Assembly: GCA_030665485.1 (NCBI GenBank)
Contig: DAOUZV010000001.1
Location: forward strand, 1-29,907
Source of the DNA: Chloroflexota bacterium
Lineage (GTDB): Bacteria; Chloroflexota; Dehalococcoidia; JABGRK01
Length of the DNA: 29,907 bases
Direction: 5' to 3'
Positions 1 to 8,711 of the stretch are shown here, in pieces (positions within the stretch are counted from its first letter, which is position 1; every line of letters begins with the position of its first letter). The notes under the pieces are model-generated. The model ran no database searches, was not told the origin of the DNA, and worked only from the letters and a program-made list of their open reading frames with translations. A program made the translations under genes and the position numbers.

Positions 1-892
1 CGCCGAGATAATGGATATGGAGTTCTTTCAGTTTCATCCCACCGCGCTGCGCATACCGGGCGTTCCACCTTTTCTTATATCAGAGGCGGTCAGGGGCGAA
101 GGTGGCATACTGCGCAACGTGGAAAACCACCGCTTTATGCCTGATTATTGCGACGAGGCCGAGCTTGCGCCCAGGGATATTGTGGCGCGCAGCATTCTTT
201 CCGAGATGAATAAAACCCATTCCGACAGGGTATTTCTGGATGTTACTCACATTTCTCCAAAGATAGTTACCACCCGTTTCCCGCAGATCTTCCGCTTTTG
301 CATGGATCACGGGCTGGATATTACCAAGGTCGCCATACCGGTTGCCCCAGCGGCGCATTATACCATGGGCGGAGTCAGAACCAACATCTGGGGCGAGACC
401 AATATAGCAGGTCTTTTCGCCTGCGGCGAGGCTGCCTGCACCGGCGTTCACGGCGCAAATCGTCTGGCTTCCAACTCCATATTGGAGGTGCTGGTGTTTG
501 CCAAGCGCATTATGAACAGAACGCAGGAGGTGGCCAGTCCCAGTTCTTTGGAGCAGAGCGATGGAGGTATCAAAGCGCTACCCGTTCGTCATGTGGAGAC
601 GAGAAAGCCGTGGGTTACGCTGGCGCTGCTGCAATCGCTGCTGTGGGACAACGTCGGCATCGTACGTTCCAAGGAGCAGCTACAGGAGGCGGCAGATACA
701 CTTGCTGTGTGGGAGACCATGGTGGGTGAGCCAATGGACAGGCCTTCTTACGAGTTGAGTAACCTGGTGCTGGCAGGCCGGCTGATGACCGAGGCGGCAC
801 TGATACGGCAGGAGAGCCGTGGGGCGCACTTCCGCTCCGACTGCCCGGAGCCGTCTAACCAGTGGCTGCGGCATATTATGTTTCGCAAGTAA
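1..892 (+). CDS. nadB: L-aspartate oxidase NadB, 5' end outside window (partial)
   Basis: Frame open from position 2 (AEIMDMEFFQFHPT). Flavoprotein motifs QFHPT, SEAVRGEG, ELAPRDIVAR, HYTMGG, GVHGANRLASNS and ESRGAHFRSD are present. Directly followed by nadC. Confidence 0.93.
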   Translation, partial: AEIMDMEFFQFHPTALRIPGVPPFLISEAVRGEGGILRNVENHRFMPDYCDEAELAPRDIVARSILSEMNKTHSDRVFLDVTHISPKIVTTRFPQIFRFCMDHGLDITKVAIPVAPAAHYTMGGVRTNIWGETNIAGLFACGEAACTGVHGANRLASNSILEVLVFAKRIMNRTQEVASPSSLEQSDGGIKALPVRHVETRKPWVTLALLQSLLWDNVGIVRSKEQLQEAADTLAVWETMVGEPMDRPSYELSNLVLAGRLMTEAALIRQESRGAHFRSDCPEPSNQWLRHIMFRK

Positions 893-904
893 GATTTTTA
901 AGAA

Positions 905-1759
905 ATGGATGATTCCCTCAAAAAACAAACGCAAAATATGATCAACATCGCTCTTGCCGAAGATGTCGCAGGTAATGACATCACAACGAATCTGGTGATT
1001 CCCAGCGATATGGTGGGCAAGGGCTCCTTTGTGGTAAAGGGCTCAGGGATGCTGGCCGGAATCGAAGTAGCCGGAATGGTTCTTGGTACGGTAGACCCGT
1101 CGCTTAACTTCACCGCGCTGATGAAGGACGGGTATACCTTGGCTTATGGAGACGTGGTGGCGGTTGTTGAGGGTAATCTTGCCAGCATATTTAGGGCTGA
1201 GCGGGTGGCGCTCAACTTACTACAGAGATTAAGCGGTATTGCCACGCAAGCGGCACTTTATGTCGATGCCGTAGCCGGCTTTAATGCCGAAATATACGAT
1301 ACGCGCAAGACCACCCCGGGCTTGCGAGGCTTGGAGAAGTACGCGGTGAAGACGGGCGGAGGCGTAAACCACCGCCGCGATTTAAGTGATGGCATACTAA
1401 TAAAAGACAACCACCTTGCCGCCGCCGCATCCGTTGGTCAGTCGCTTGCAGACGTGGCCAAAAAGGCAAAGGCCGGTGCGCCATCCGGCACTCTCGTCGA
1501 AGTCGAGGTTGAGACGGTAGAGCAGGCGCGGCAGGCGCTTGACGGTGGTGCCGAAATATTACTGTTGGACAACATGAGTACTCAAGATATGCGTGCCGTC
1601 GTCCAAATTGCTAAAGGCAAAGCTATGCTTGAGGCATCCGGCGGGGTGACGCTGGATACGGTGCGCGCCATTGCAGAAACAGGTGTCAATCGCATATCCG
1701 TTGGCGCGCTCACGCATTCGGTAAAAGCGCTGGATATTAGCTTGGAAATCAAGGTCTAA
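905..1759 (+). CDS. nadC: Nicotinate-nucleotide diphosphorylase (quinolinate phosphoribosyltransferase)
   Basis: Motifs AERVALNLLQRLSGIAT, DTRKTTPG, HRxxLSDxILIKDNH, EVEVE, LLDNM, EASGG and SVGALTHS. Adjacent to nadB. Confidence 0.97.
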   Translation: MDDSLKKQTQNMINIALAEDVAGNDITTNLVIPSDMVGKGSFVVKGSGMLAGIEVAGMVLGTVDPSLNFTALMKDGYTLAYGDVVAVVEGNLASIFRAERVALNLLQRLSGIATQAALYVDAVAGFNAEIYDTRKTTPGLRGLEKYAVKTGGGVNHRRDLSDGILIKDNHLAAAASVGQSLADVAKKAKAGAPSGTLVEVEVETVEQARQALDGGAEILLLDNMSTQDMRAVVQIAKGKAMLEASGGVTLDTVRAIAETGVNRISVGALTHSVKALDISLEIKV

Positions 1760-1803
1760 TCACTTTAACTCTCCCCTAAGAACCCCTCATCTCATTTGGC
1801 AGG

Positions 1804-1832
1804 TTGATTATTACCATAGCAGCCCGTAAAAT
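1804..1832 (+). promoter_or_regulatory. Putative sigma70-type promoter for the 66-aa/cooT/cooC module
   Basis: TTGATT (1804-1809), 17-nt spacer, TAAAAT (1827-1832). Followed by GGAGG at 1854-1858 and ATG at 1869. Confidence 0.6.
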
Positions 1833-1868
1833 ATAAGTAGGTAAAGTTATTTTGGAGGCGCATTTAAT

Positions 1869-2069
1869 ATGAGCGAAAAAGAAGATTTTAAGACCATATT
1901 GGCTCATTACGTGCATCACAGCAAGGACCATGCCGAGGAGTTTGTGGAAATGGCCGACAAGGCTAGGGGCATGGGGGAAACCGCTATTGCCGACGCCATT
2001 ATGAAGGGCGTTGAGCAGACCAACAAGGCAACGGAGCTTTTTGAGGCCGCACTGAAGCTGTGTGAGTAA
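1869..2069 (+). CDS. Small helical His-containing protein, putative metal (Ni) binding
   Basis: GGAGG RBS. Predicted two-helix protein. H13, H16/H17, D20, H21 and E24 are spaced to lie on one helix face. Sits 22 nt upstream of cooT. Confidence 0.8.
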   Translation: MSEKEDFKTILAHYVHHSKDHAEEFVEMADKARGMGETAIADAIMKGVEQTNKATELFEAALKLCE

Positions 2070-2091
2070 GTCTGATACTTAGGAGGAAGCC

Positions 2092-2280
2092 ATGTGTCTA
2101 GCCAAGGTATATCTAAAAGACGGCGGTGAAGAACGGCTTATTATGGAGACAGTGGCATACGCCGAACAAAAGGGCGGCAAGCTGCTGCTGAAGAACATTT
2201 TGAGGCAGGAAAAAGAGGTAGACGGCGAGATAGTATCTATCGATTTTTCCGCATCCAAGATAGTTCTAAAACCGGTTTAG
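2092..2280 (+). CDS. cooT: CooT family nickel-binding protein
   Basis: 62 aa with the N-terminal M-C-L-x-K-V-Y signature (Cys2 Ni ligand) and a beta-rich pattern ending IDF...IVL. AGGAGG RBS at 2081-2086. Precedes cooC. Confidence 0.85.
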   Translation: MCLAKVYLKDGGEERLIMETVAYAEQKGGKLLLKNILRQEKEVDGEIVSIDFSASKIVLKPV

Positions 2281-2313
2281 GTTAATTATATACGGGTACA
2301 AGCGAGGAACATG

Positions 2314-3108
2314 ATGAAGAAGGTATCTATTTCGGGCAAGGGCGGAACTGGCAAAAGCATGCTTACCACCCTGCTTTCAGGCATTTTAACAGAAAAGGGC
2401 TATACGGTGCTCACCGTCGACTCGGACGATTCCAACCCGGGCCTTTACCGCATGCTCGGTTTTGACGAGGCGCCCAGGCCGCTTATGGACCTGTTTGGCG
2501 GAGAGAATCAGATTCTTACCGAGATAAAGTACAGGCAGCAGAAAGACGATAAACAGCCCACCGCAGAGTGGCTTAACAAAGACAAGTTTGAAATGAGCGA
2601 TATTCCTGAAGACTATATGATTCACCGTGATGGCCAGAAGCTGCTTTCTGTTGGTAAGATTTCGGCGGCATTTGAAGGCTGCGCCTGCCCTATGGCCGAG
2701 GTTCTCAAGATATTCCTCGATAAGCTGGAACTCAAAGAAAAAGAGATTATGATTGTGGATATGGAGGCCGGCGTCGAGCATTTCGGGCGCGGCGTTGATA
2801 AAAGCATTGATACTGTCCTTATTCTGGTCGAACCCACTGTCGAATCAATATCACTGGCATCGAAGGTGTACTATCTATCGCGTGGCTCCAAGATAGACAA
2901 TATCTGGGCGGTGCTTAACAAGATCCCCACAGGGGCCATTGCGGATAAGGTAAAAGGTGAGCTTGAAAAAAGAAAGATTAAAGTTGCCGGCACCGTTTAC
3001 TACGATCCGCAGATAGCCGAGTACGCGCTTGAGGGCAAACCACTTACTCAGTCGCAGGCAAAAGAGGAAGTAAGGCAAATAGTAGAAGTGCTGCTCAAAG
3101 AGGCTTGA
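2314..3108 (+). CDS. cooC: CooC/AcsF-family nickel-insertion ATPase (MinD/SIMIBI class)
   Basis: Deviant Walker A SGKGGTGKS, DSDDSNP, Ni-binding CxC (GCACP) and DMEAGVEHFGRG. Start at 2314 preferred over 2311 from GAGG spacing. Confidence 0.9.
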   Translation: MKKVSISGKGGTGKSMLTTLLSGILTEKGYTVLTVDSDDSNPGLYRMLGFDEAPRPLMDLFGGENQILTEIKYRQQKDDKQPTAEWLNKDKFEMSDIPEDYMIHRDGQKLLSVGKISAAFEGCACPMAEVLKIFLDKLELKEKEIMIVDMEAGVEHFGRGVDKSIDTVLILVEPTVESISLASKVYYLSRGSKIDNIWAVLNKIPTGAIADKVKGELEKRKIKVAGTVYYDPQIAEYALEGKPLTQSQAKEEVRQIVEVLLKEA

Positions 3109-3119
3109 AGCTTAATGCA

Positions 3120-3377
3120 TCACTCGGGGTAAATATCCACAAAACCGCCGCAATCTATTTCCGTGGGTACAAAGAGCACGCCCTGTTCCTGCAACTCGTT
3201 TAACCTGTCCCAGTTTCCGCCCTTAACCTCCGCTTTTATGGCATCGGTTTCTTCACGGGACGGAACGTTGTCTCCCAGCATCTCGGTGCAGTATCCCCAT
3301 TCGGTAACCATATCCGTATAAAAGCTGCTTATGAAGTGCTCGCAGTAGCTACAGTGCGGTATCAAACTATCGTGCAT
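3120..3377 (-). CDS. Hypothetical 85-aa protein with four Cys (C9xxC12, C30, C76), putative Zn or Fe-S binder
   Basis: Fills the gap between cooC and apt without overlap. GAGAGG upstream, plausible divergent promoter, CxxCxxF...GxC...CxxF pattern. Confidence 0.65.
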   Translation of the reverse strand: MHDSLIPHCSYCEHFISSFYTDMVTEWGYCTEMLGDNVPSREETDAIKAEVKGGNWDRLNELQEQGVLFVPTEIDCGGFVDIYPE

Positions 3378-3400
3378 ATTATCAAATATCCTCTCACTTT

Positions 3401-3430
3401 AGTATAAAGTATAAGCACCTTACTTGTGAA
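3401..3430 (-). promoter_or_regulatory. Putative promoter for the 85-aa gene
   Basis: On the minus strand: TTCACA (3430-3425), 18-nt spacer, TATACT (3406-3401). Confidence 0.45.
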
Positions 3431-3432
3431 TA

Positions 3433-3452
3433 TATATGACCTACGTCATATA
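3433..3452. promoter_or_regulatory. Perfect 8-4-8 palindrome, candidate transcription-factor operator
   Basis: TATATGAC-CTAC-GTCATATA lies between the -35 elements of two back-to-back putative promoters. Confidence 0.55.
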
Positions 3453-3456
3453 AAAC

Positions 3457-3486
3457 TGGACAGGCAAACGCCGCTACAGTTATAAT
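3457..3486 (+). promoter_or_regulatory. Putative sigma70 promoter of the apt-mtnA-mtnP-mesB operon
   Basis: TGGACA (3457-3462), 18-nt spacer, perfect TATAAT (3481-3486). GGAGG RBS at 3525-3529. Confidence 0.65.
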
Positions 3487-3536
3487 CGCCTTAACAAATC
3501 AAGTTTAAATATCAGTATCTATTTGGAGGTTTGAAA

Positions 3537-4049
3537 TTGGATTTAAAGGAATATATAAGGGATGTGCCCGATTTTCCGCAAAAGGGGATCATATTCAAGG
3601 ATATCACCACGCTGCTTCAGAGTCCTGAGGCGTTTAAATACGTAATAGACCGCTTTGTTGAAGAATACAAAGATGAGGGAATAGAAGGTATTGTGGCCAT
3701 GGATGCCAGGGGCTTCATCTTCGGCGCTCCGCTGGCTTACCAGTTAGGCGTTCCTTTTATACTGGGGCGCAAGCCGGGCAAGCTGCCCGCGGCATGCATT
3801 TCGGCCAGCTATGCGTTGGAATATGGCACCGATTCTCTGGAAATGCACACTGACTCCATTAGCCAGGGGCAGAAGATACTGATAGTCGACGATTTGCTGG
3901 CTACCGGCGGAACCATGTCAGCGGTAATTGAGCTTGTGGAAAAGCTGGGCGGAGAAATTGCCGGTATAGCTTTTGTGGTTGAGCTTACGTTCATACCAGG
4001 ACGGCAGAGATTAGGCGATTATCCCATATTATCATTGGTGCAGTATTAG
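3537..4049 (+). CDS. apt: Adenine phosphoribosyltransferase
   Basis: IRDVPDFPQKGIIFKDITTLL, ARGF, RKPGKLP, YALEYG and the PRPP motif VDDLLATGGT. TTG at 3537 (MDLKEYIR) fits the RBS; TTG at 3531 is only 1 nt from it. Confidence 0.97.
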   Translation: MDLKEYIRDVPDFPQKGIIFKDITTLLQSPEAFKYVIDRFVEEYKDEGIEGIVAMDARGFIFGAPLAYQLGVPFILGRKPGKLPAACISASYALEYGTDSLEMHTDSISQGQKILIVDDLLATGGTMSAVIELVEKLGGEIAGIAFVVELTFIPGRQRLGDYPILSLVQY

Positions 4050-4058
4050 GTGGTGTTA

Positions 4059-5090
4059 GTGAAAGCTATTGAATGGGCCAAAGGAAAAGTAAGACTAATA
4101 GACCAGACCAAGCTTCCAACAGAAGAGGTATATATAGAAATAGACAACTATGAGGAGCTTGCCTGTGCCATAGAGGATATGCAAATACGCGGTGCTCCGG
4201 CCATAGGTGTTGCCGCAGCGTATGCGGTGGCGCTGGGCGCAGATAAAATCGAGGCAACGTCGAAACAGGATTTTCTGGGCCAGCTTAAGGTAGTATTGGA
4301 TAGGCTGGCTGCTACCAGACCCACCGCCGTCAACCTGTTCTGGGCACTGGAGCGCATGGACATGGTGGCTCAATCCGGCAAGGACATCGAAGCCATCAAG
4401 GCTGATTTATTAGTCGAAGCATTGCGCATGGATGCCGACGGTGAGGAGGCCAATATGCGCATGGGCGCCTACGGCGCAGAGCTCATAGAGGATGGCTATA
4501 CCATACTTACCCACTGCAATGCCGGCGCGCTGGCTACGGAGGGATATGGAACGGCGCTGGGAGTAATCCGTGCAGCACATGGTCAGGGCAAAAAGATTCA
4601 GGTTTACGCCGATGAGACTCGCCCGCTGCTTCAAGGTGCGCGCCTTACCGCATGGGAGCTGATAAAGGATGGAATCGCGGTAACACTGATTACCGATAGC
4701 ATGGCTGGTTATTTCCTCAAAGGTGGCATGATAAACTGTGTAATCGTCGGCGCAGATAGGATTGCGGCCAATGGCGATGTGGCCAACAAGATAGGCACAT
4801 ATAGCGTAGCAGTTTTGGCTAAAGAGAATAACGTTCCGTTCTACGTGGCAGCGCCCACCTCGACAGTCGATCTGTCGCTGGCATCTGGAGATGAGATACC
4901 TATTGAGGAACGCAAGGCCGAGGAGGTTACGCATATCAAGGGAGTTGCGGTTGCCCCGGACGGCGTGAGTGTAGCAAACCCGGCGTTTGATGTTACACCG
5001 CATAAATACGTATCCGCAATTATCACGGAAAACGGCATAGCCAAAGAGCCGTACCTGATGACGTTAAAAGATATGGTTCGAGGCAAGTAA
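4059..5090 (+). CDS. mtnA: S-methyl-5-thioribose-1-phosphate isomerase
   Basis: [72 protein letters not shown] and [11 protein letters not shown] at 4059 follows AGGTGG. Confidence 0.95.
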   Translation: MKAIEWAKGKVRLIDQTKLPTEEVYIEIDNYEELACAIEDMQIRGAPAIGVAAAYAVALGADKIEATSKQDFLGQLKVVLDRLAATRPTAVNLFWALERMDMVAQSGKDIEAIKADLLVEALRMDADGEEANMRMGAYGAELIEDGYTILTHCNAGALATEGYGTALGVIRAAHGQGKKIQVYADETRPLLQGARLTAWELIKDGIAVTLITDSMAGYFLKGGMINCVIVGADRIAANGDVANKIGTYSVAVLAKENNVPFYVAAPTSTVDLSLASGDEIPIEERKAEEVTHIKGVAVAPDGVSVANPAFDVTPHKYVSAIITENGIAKEPYLMTLKDMVRGK

Positions 5091-5106
5091 GTAACTGGAG
5101 GAATTG

Positions 5107-5970
5107 ATGAGCGAAGCAAAGCTGGGAGTGATTGGCGGCAGCGGTCTGTATAAAATCGAGGGGCTTGAGGATATAGAAGAGGTCAAGGTAAATACGCCAT
5201 ATGGCGATCCCAGCGATGTTATCACCGTCGGCATGTTTGAGGGAGCACGCGTCGCTTTCCTGCCAAGGCATGGCACAGGACACCGCATAAACCCTTCTGA
5301 GATTCCTGTGCGTGCCAATATCTACGCTTTAAAATCGCTTGGAGTTGAGAGGATAATTGCGGTAAACTCCTGCGGCAGTTACAAAGAGGAGATAACGCCT
5401 GGTCATTTGCTCATCCCGGACCAGATAATAGATCGCACCAAGGGGCGGCCCAGCACCTTCTTCGAGGGTGGAATCGTGGCGCACGTGCCCTTCGCCGATC
5501 CATTCTGTGCGGACTTGAGCGATGTGCTATACAAAGCAGCGCAGGATGTGGGAGCTACGGTGCATAACGGCGGAACCTTTGTTGTTATGGAAGGGCCTCA
5601 GTTTTCAACTAAGGCCGAGTCGTTTCTGTACAAGTCGTGGGGGGCCAGCGTTATCGGCATGACTGTTATTCCGGAGGCCAAACTTGCCCGTGAGGCGGAG
5701 ATTTGCTATGCTAGCGTTGCCTGTGTAACCGATTACGATTGCTGGCACCAAACACACGAAGCAGTTACCATAGAGATGGTGCTTGCCACCATGGCCAAGA
5801 ACATAGACGCCTCCAAGCAGATTATTAAAATAGCGGCTGGCCGCATCTCTGGTGAAAGGGGATGCATCTGTGCCAGGGCTCTTAAAAATTCGATAGTAAC
5901 AAATCCCAAGGTCATAACGCCGCAGAAGAAGCATGACCTTGGGATTTTAATAGGTAAATACATTAAGTAG
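5107..5970 (+). CDS. mtnP: 5'-methylthioadenosine phosphorylase (6-aminopurine-specific type)
   Basis: GVIGGSG, RHG, ANIYAL, EGPQFSTKAES and IGMT..PEAKLAREA. TDYD (Asp-x-Asp) indicates adenine-base rather than hypoxanthine specificity. GGAGG RBS. Confidence 0.95.
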   Translation: MSEAKLGVIGGSGLYKIEGLEDIEEVKVNTPYGDPSDVITVGMFEGARVAFLPRHGTGHRINPSEIPVRANIYALKSLGVERIIAVNSCGSYKEEITPGHLLIPDQIIDRTKGRPSTFFEGGIVAHVPFADPFCADLSDVLYKAAQDVGATVHNGGTFVVMEGPQFSTKAESFLYKSWGASVIGMTVIPEAKLAREAEICYASVACVTDYDCWHQTHEAVTIEMVLATMAKNIDASKQIIKIAAGRISGERGCICARALKNSIVTNPKVITPQKKHDLGILIGKYIK

Positions 5971-5975
5971 GATAG

Positions 5976-7013
5976 GTGGTGGGAGCTTTCAAACCTAACT
6001 GTTCAGCGACAGCCATAGGCAGTATGCCCAATGTGGACGCTGGTGAGGCGCTTGACGTTGTGCTCAAGTATCTGCCTGATATACCCGTATGGCCGCAACT
6101 GCCCAAACGCTCGTTTCTGGAAAACATGTATGTGCAGTACAGCGAGGGCTTTCCTGGCGTTGTTCTCGATCACGAAAACGAGCGTATATACGTCGACTGT
6201 TCCAAGTCACTGGATGACCAGCTTGAGCAGCTGTATCAGGCGCATATAGATAACGACATAGATAAGTACCCGCTTACAGGGGACTACGCTGCTGGTTTCG
6301 ATAAGCTCATAAACGATGGCGTAAGCTCTCCCGTCGCGGTAAAGGGGCAGGTTATCGGGCCCATCAGCTGGGGGCTTGCCGTTACCGATCAGAACCGCCG
6401 CTCTATAATCTATGATGACGTTCTGTCTGATGCGGTAGCCAAACACCTCAAGCTCAAAGCTGCATGGCAGGAAAGGGAGCTGCGCAAGCTATCTGGCAAC
6501 ACAGTGTTTTTCCTGGATGAGCCTTATCTGTCATCACTGGGTTCGGCGTTTGTATCTATCTCCAACGAAAAAGTAAAAGAAATGATTGATGAAGCCCTTT
6601 CCGGATTAAGCGGCCTTAAGGGCATACACTGTTGCGGGGTGACCGACTGGTCGCTGCTTCTGAGTACAACTATTGACATTTTGAGCTTCGACGCTTATAA
6701 CTATTCTCAAAGCTTAAGTTTATATCCTGAGGATTTAAAAGCTTTCCTTAGCCGTGGAGGGATAATCGCTTGGGGCATCGTTCCCACCACTGAGGACGCA
6801 CTTGAACAAGAAACGCCAGAAAGCCTATTAACTCGTCTCGATGAGGCGTTTTTATTACTTACCGAGAAAGGGATCGCGAAAGAGGACTTGATTGAGAGTT
6901 GCCTGATAACACCTTCGTGTGGACTAGCCTCTATTCCCAAAGAGGCTGCGTATACAGCGTTAAAATTAACATCTGGTGTCTCATATCTGCTAAAGAAGCG
7001 ATACAACAAATAA
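5976..7013 (+). CDS. mesB: Single-barrel folate-independent methionine synthase (core-MetE/MesB type)
   Basis: 345 aa matching only the C-terminal catalytic barrel of MetE: TAIGSMP, WPQLP, VKGQVIGP, FLDEP. Zn ligands in GIHCCG (HxC) and ITPSCGL. Lies between mtnP and ahcY. Start could be GTG 5976 or 5979. Confidence 0.8.
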   Translation: MVGAFKPNCSATAIGSMPNVDAGEALDVVLKYLPDIPVWPQLPKRSFLENMYVQYSEGFPGVVLDHENERIYVDCSKSLDDQLEQLYQAHIDNDIDKYPLTGDYAAGFDKLINDGVSSPVAVKGQVIGPISWGLAVTDQNRRSIIYDDVLSDAVAKHLKLKAAWQERELRKLSGNTVFFLDEPYLSSLGSAFVSISNEKVKEMIDEALSGLSGLKGIHCCGVTDWSLLLSTTIDILSFDAYNYSQSLSLYPEDLKAFLSRGGIIAWGIVPTTEDALEQETPESLLTRLDEAFLLLTEKGIAKEDLIESCLITPSCGLASIPKEAAYTALKLTSGVSYLLKKRYNK

Positions 7014-7028
7014 TATCGGAGGTAAGTA

Positions 7029-7268
7029 ATGGGTTTCTTCAAGGGTCTGATTGATTTCATAACAGGGCGTAAAAAGGAAGAAGCACCGACGGCCGCTCCA
7101 GTGGAGGAGAAAGCGCCGAAACCAGCGCCTGCTCCTGAGCCGGTAGCCGAGGCTCCAGCAGTGGAGGAAGCTCCGGCGACAGAAGAAGCGCCAGCAGCGG
7201 AGGAAGCTCCCAAAGCGGCACCGAAGCCAAAAGCAGCGCCGAAGAAGAAAAAACCAAAAGCCAGTTAG
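7029..7268 (+). CDS. 79-aa low-complexity protein: amphipathic N-terminal helix, Glu/Ala/Pro repeats, Lys-rich tail
   Basis: GGAGG RBS 6 nt before ATG, 15 nt after the mesB stop. N-terminus MGFFKGLIDFITG. Confidence 0.8.
   Translation: MGFFKGLIDFITGRKKEEAPTAAPVEEKAPKPAPAPEPVAEAPAVEEAPATEEAPAAEEAPKAAPKPKAAPKKKKPKAS
7149..7220 (+). repeat. Four imperfect 18-nt tandem repeats encoding EAPAVE/EAPATE/EAPAAE/EAPKAA
   Basis: gaggctccagcagtggag / gaagctccggcgacagaa / gaagcgccagcagcggag / gaagctcccaaagcggca read directly from the sequence. Confidence 0.8.
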
Positions 7269-7307
7269 GGCGTGTTTTAAGGCCCGGTTGGCAATTATTG
7301 AAAATAG

Positions 7308-8693
<1,386 letters not shown>

Positions 8694-8711
8694 AAAAAAG
8701 GAGATAAATAA

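Noticed and set aside
1811-1844. TTACC-N24-GGTAA inverted repeat over the Ni-module promoter as a NikR site
   Set aside because: Only 5-bp arms, and the spacing does not match the NikR operators I know. Likely chance in AT-rich DNA.
3424-3441. TTGTGAA as a Rex operator
   Set aside because: Only one half-site; the second half (TTCACAA) is missing.
4059-5090. Alternative call as ribose-1,5-bisphosphate isomerase or an eIF2B-like protein
   Set aside because: [10 protein letters not shown], [16 protein letters not shown] and adjacency to MTA phosphorylase fit MtnA. No AMP phosphorylase or RubisCO lies nearby.
1-7013. GC differences (nadB-nadC somewhat richer, mesB 3' third poorer) as a sign of horizontal transfer
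   Set aside because: Spot counts differ by only about 10 points over short stretches, and there are no mobility genes, att sites or flanking repeats.
7268-7290. GGGC/GCCC hairpin after the 79-aa gene as a terminator
   Set aside because: Only 4 bp with a 10-nt loop and no U-tract after it.
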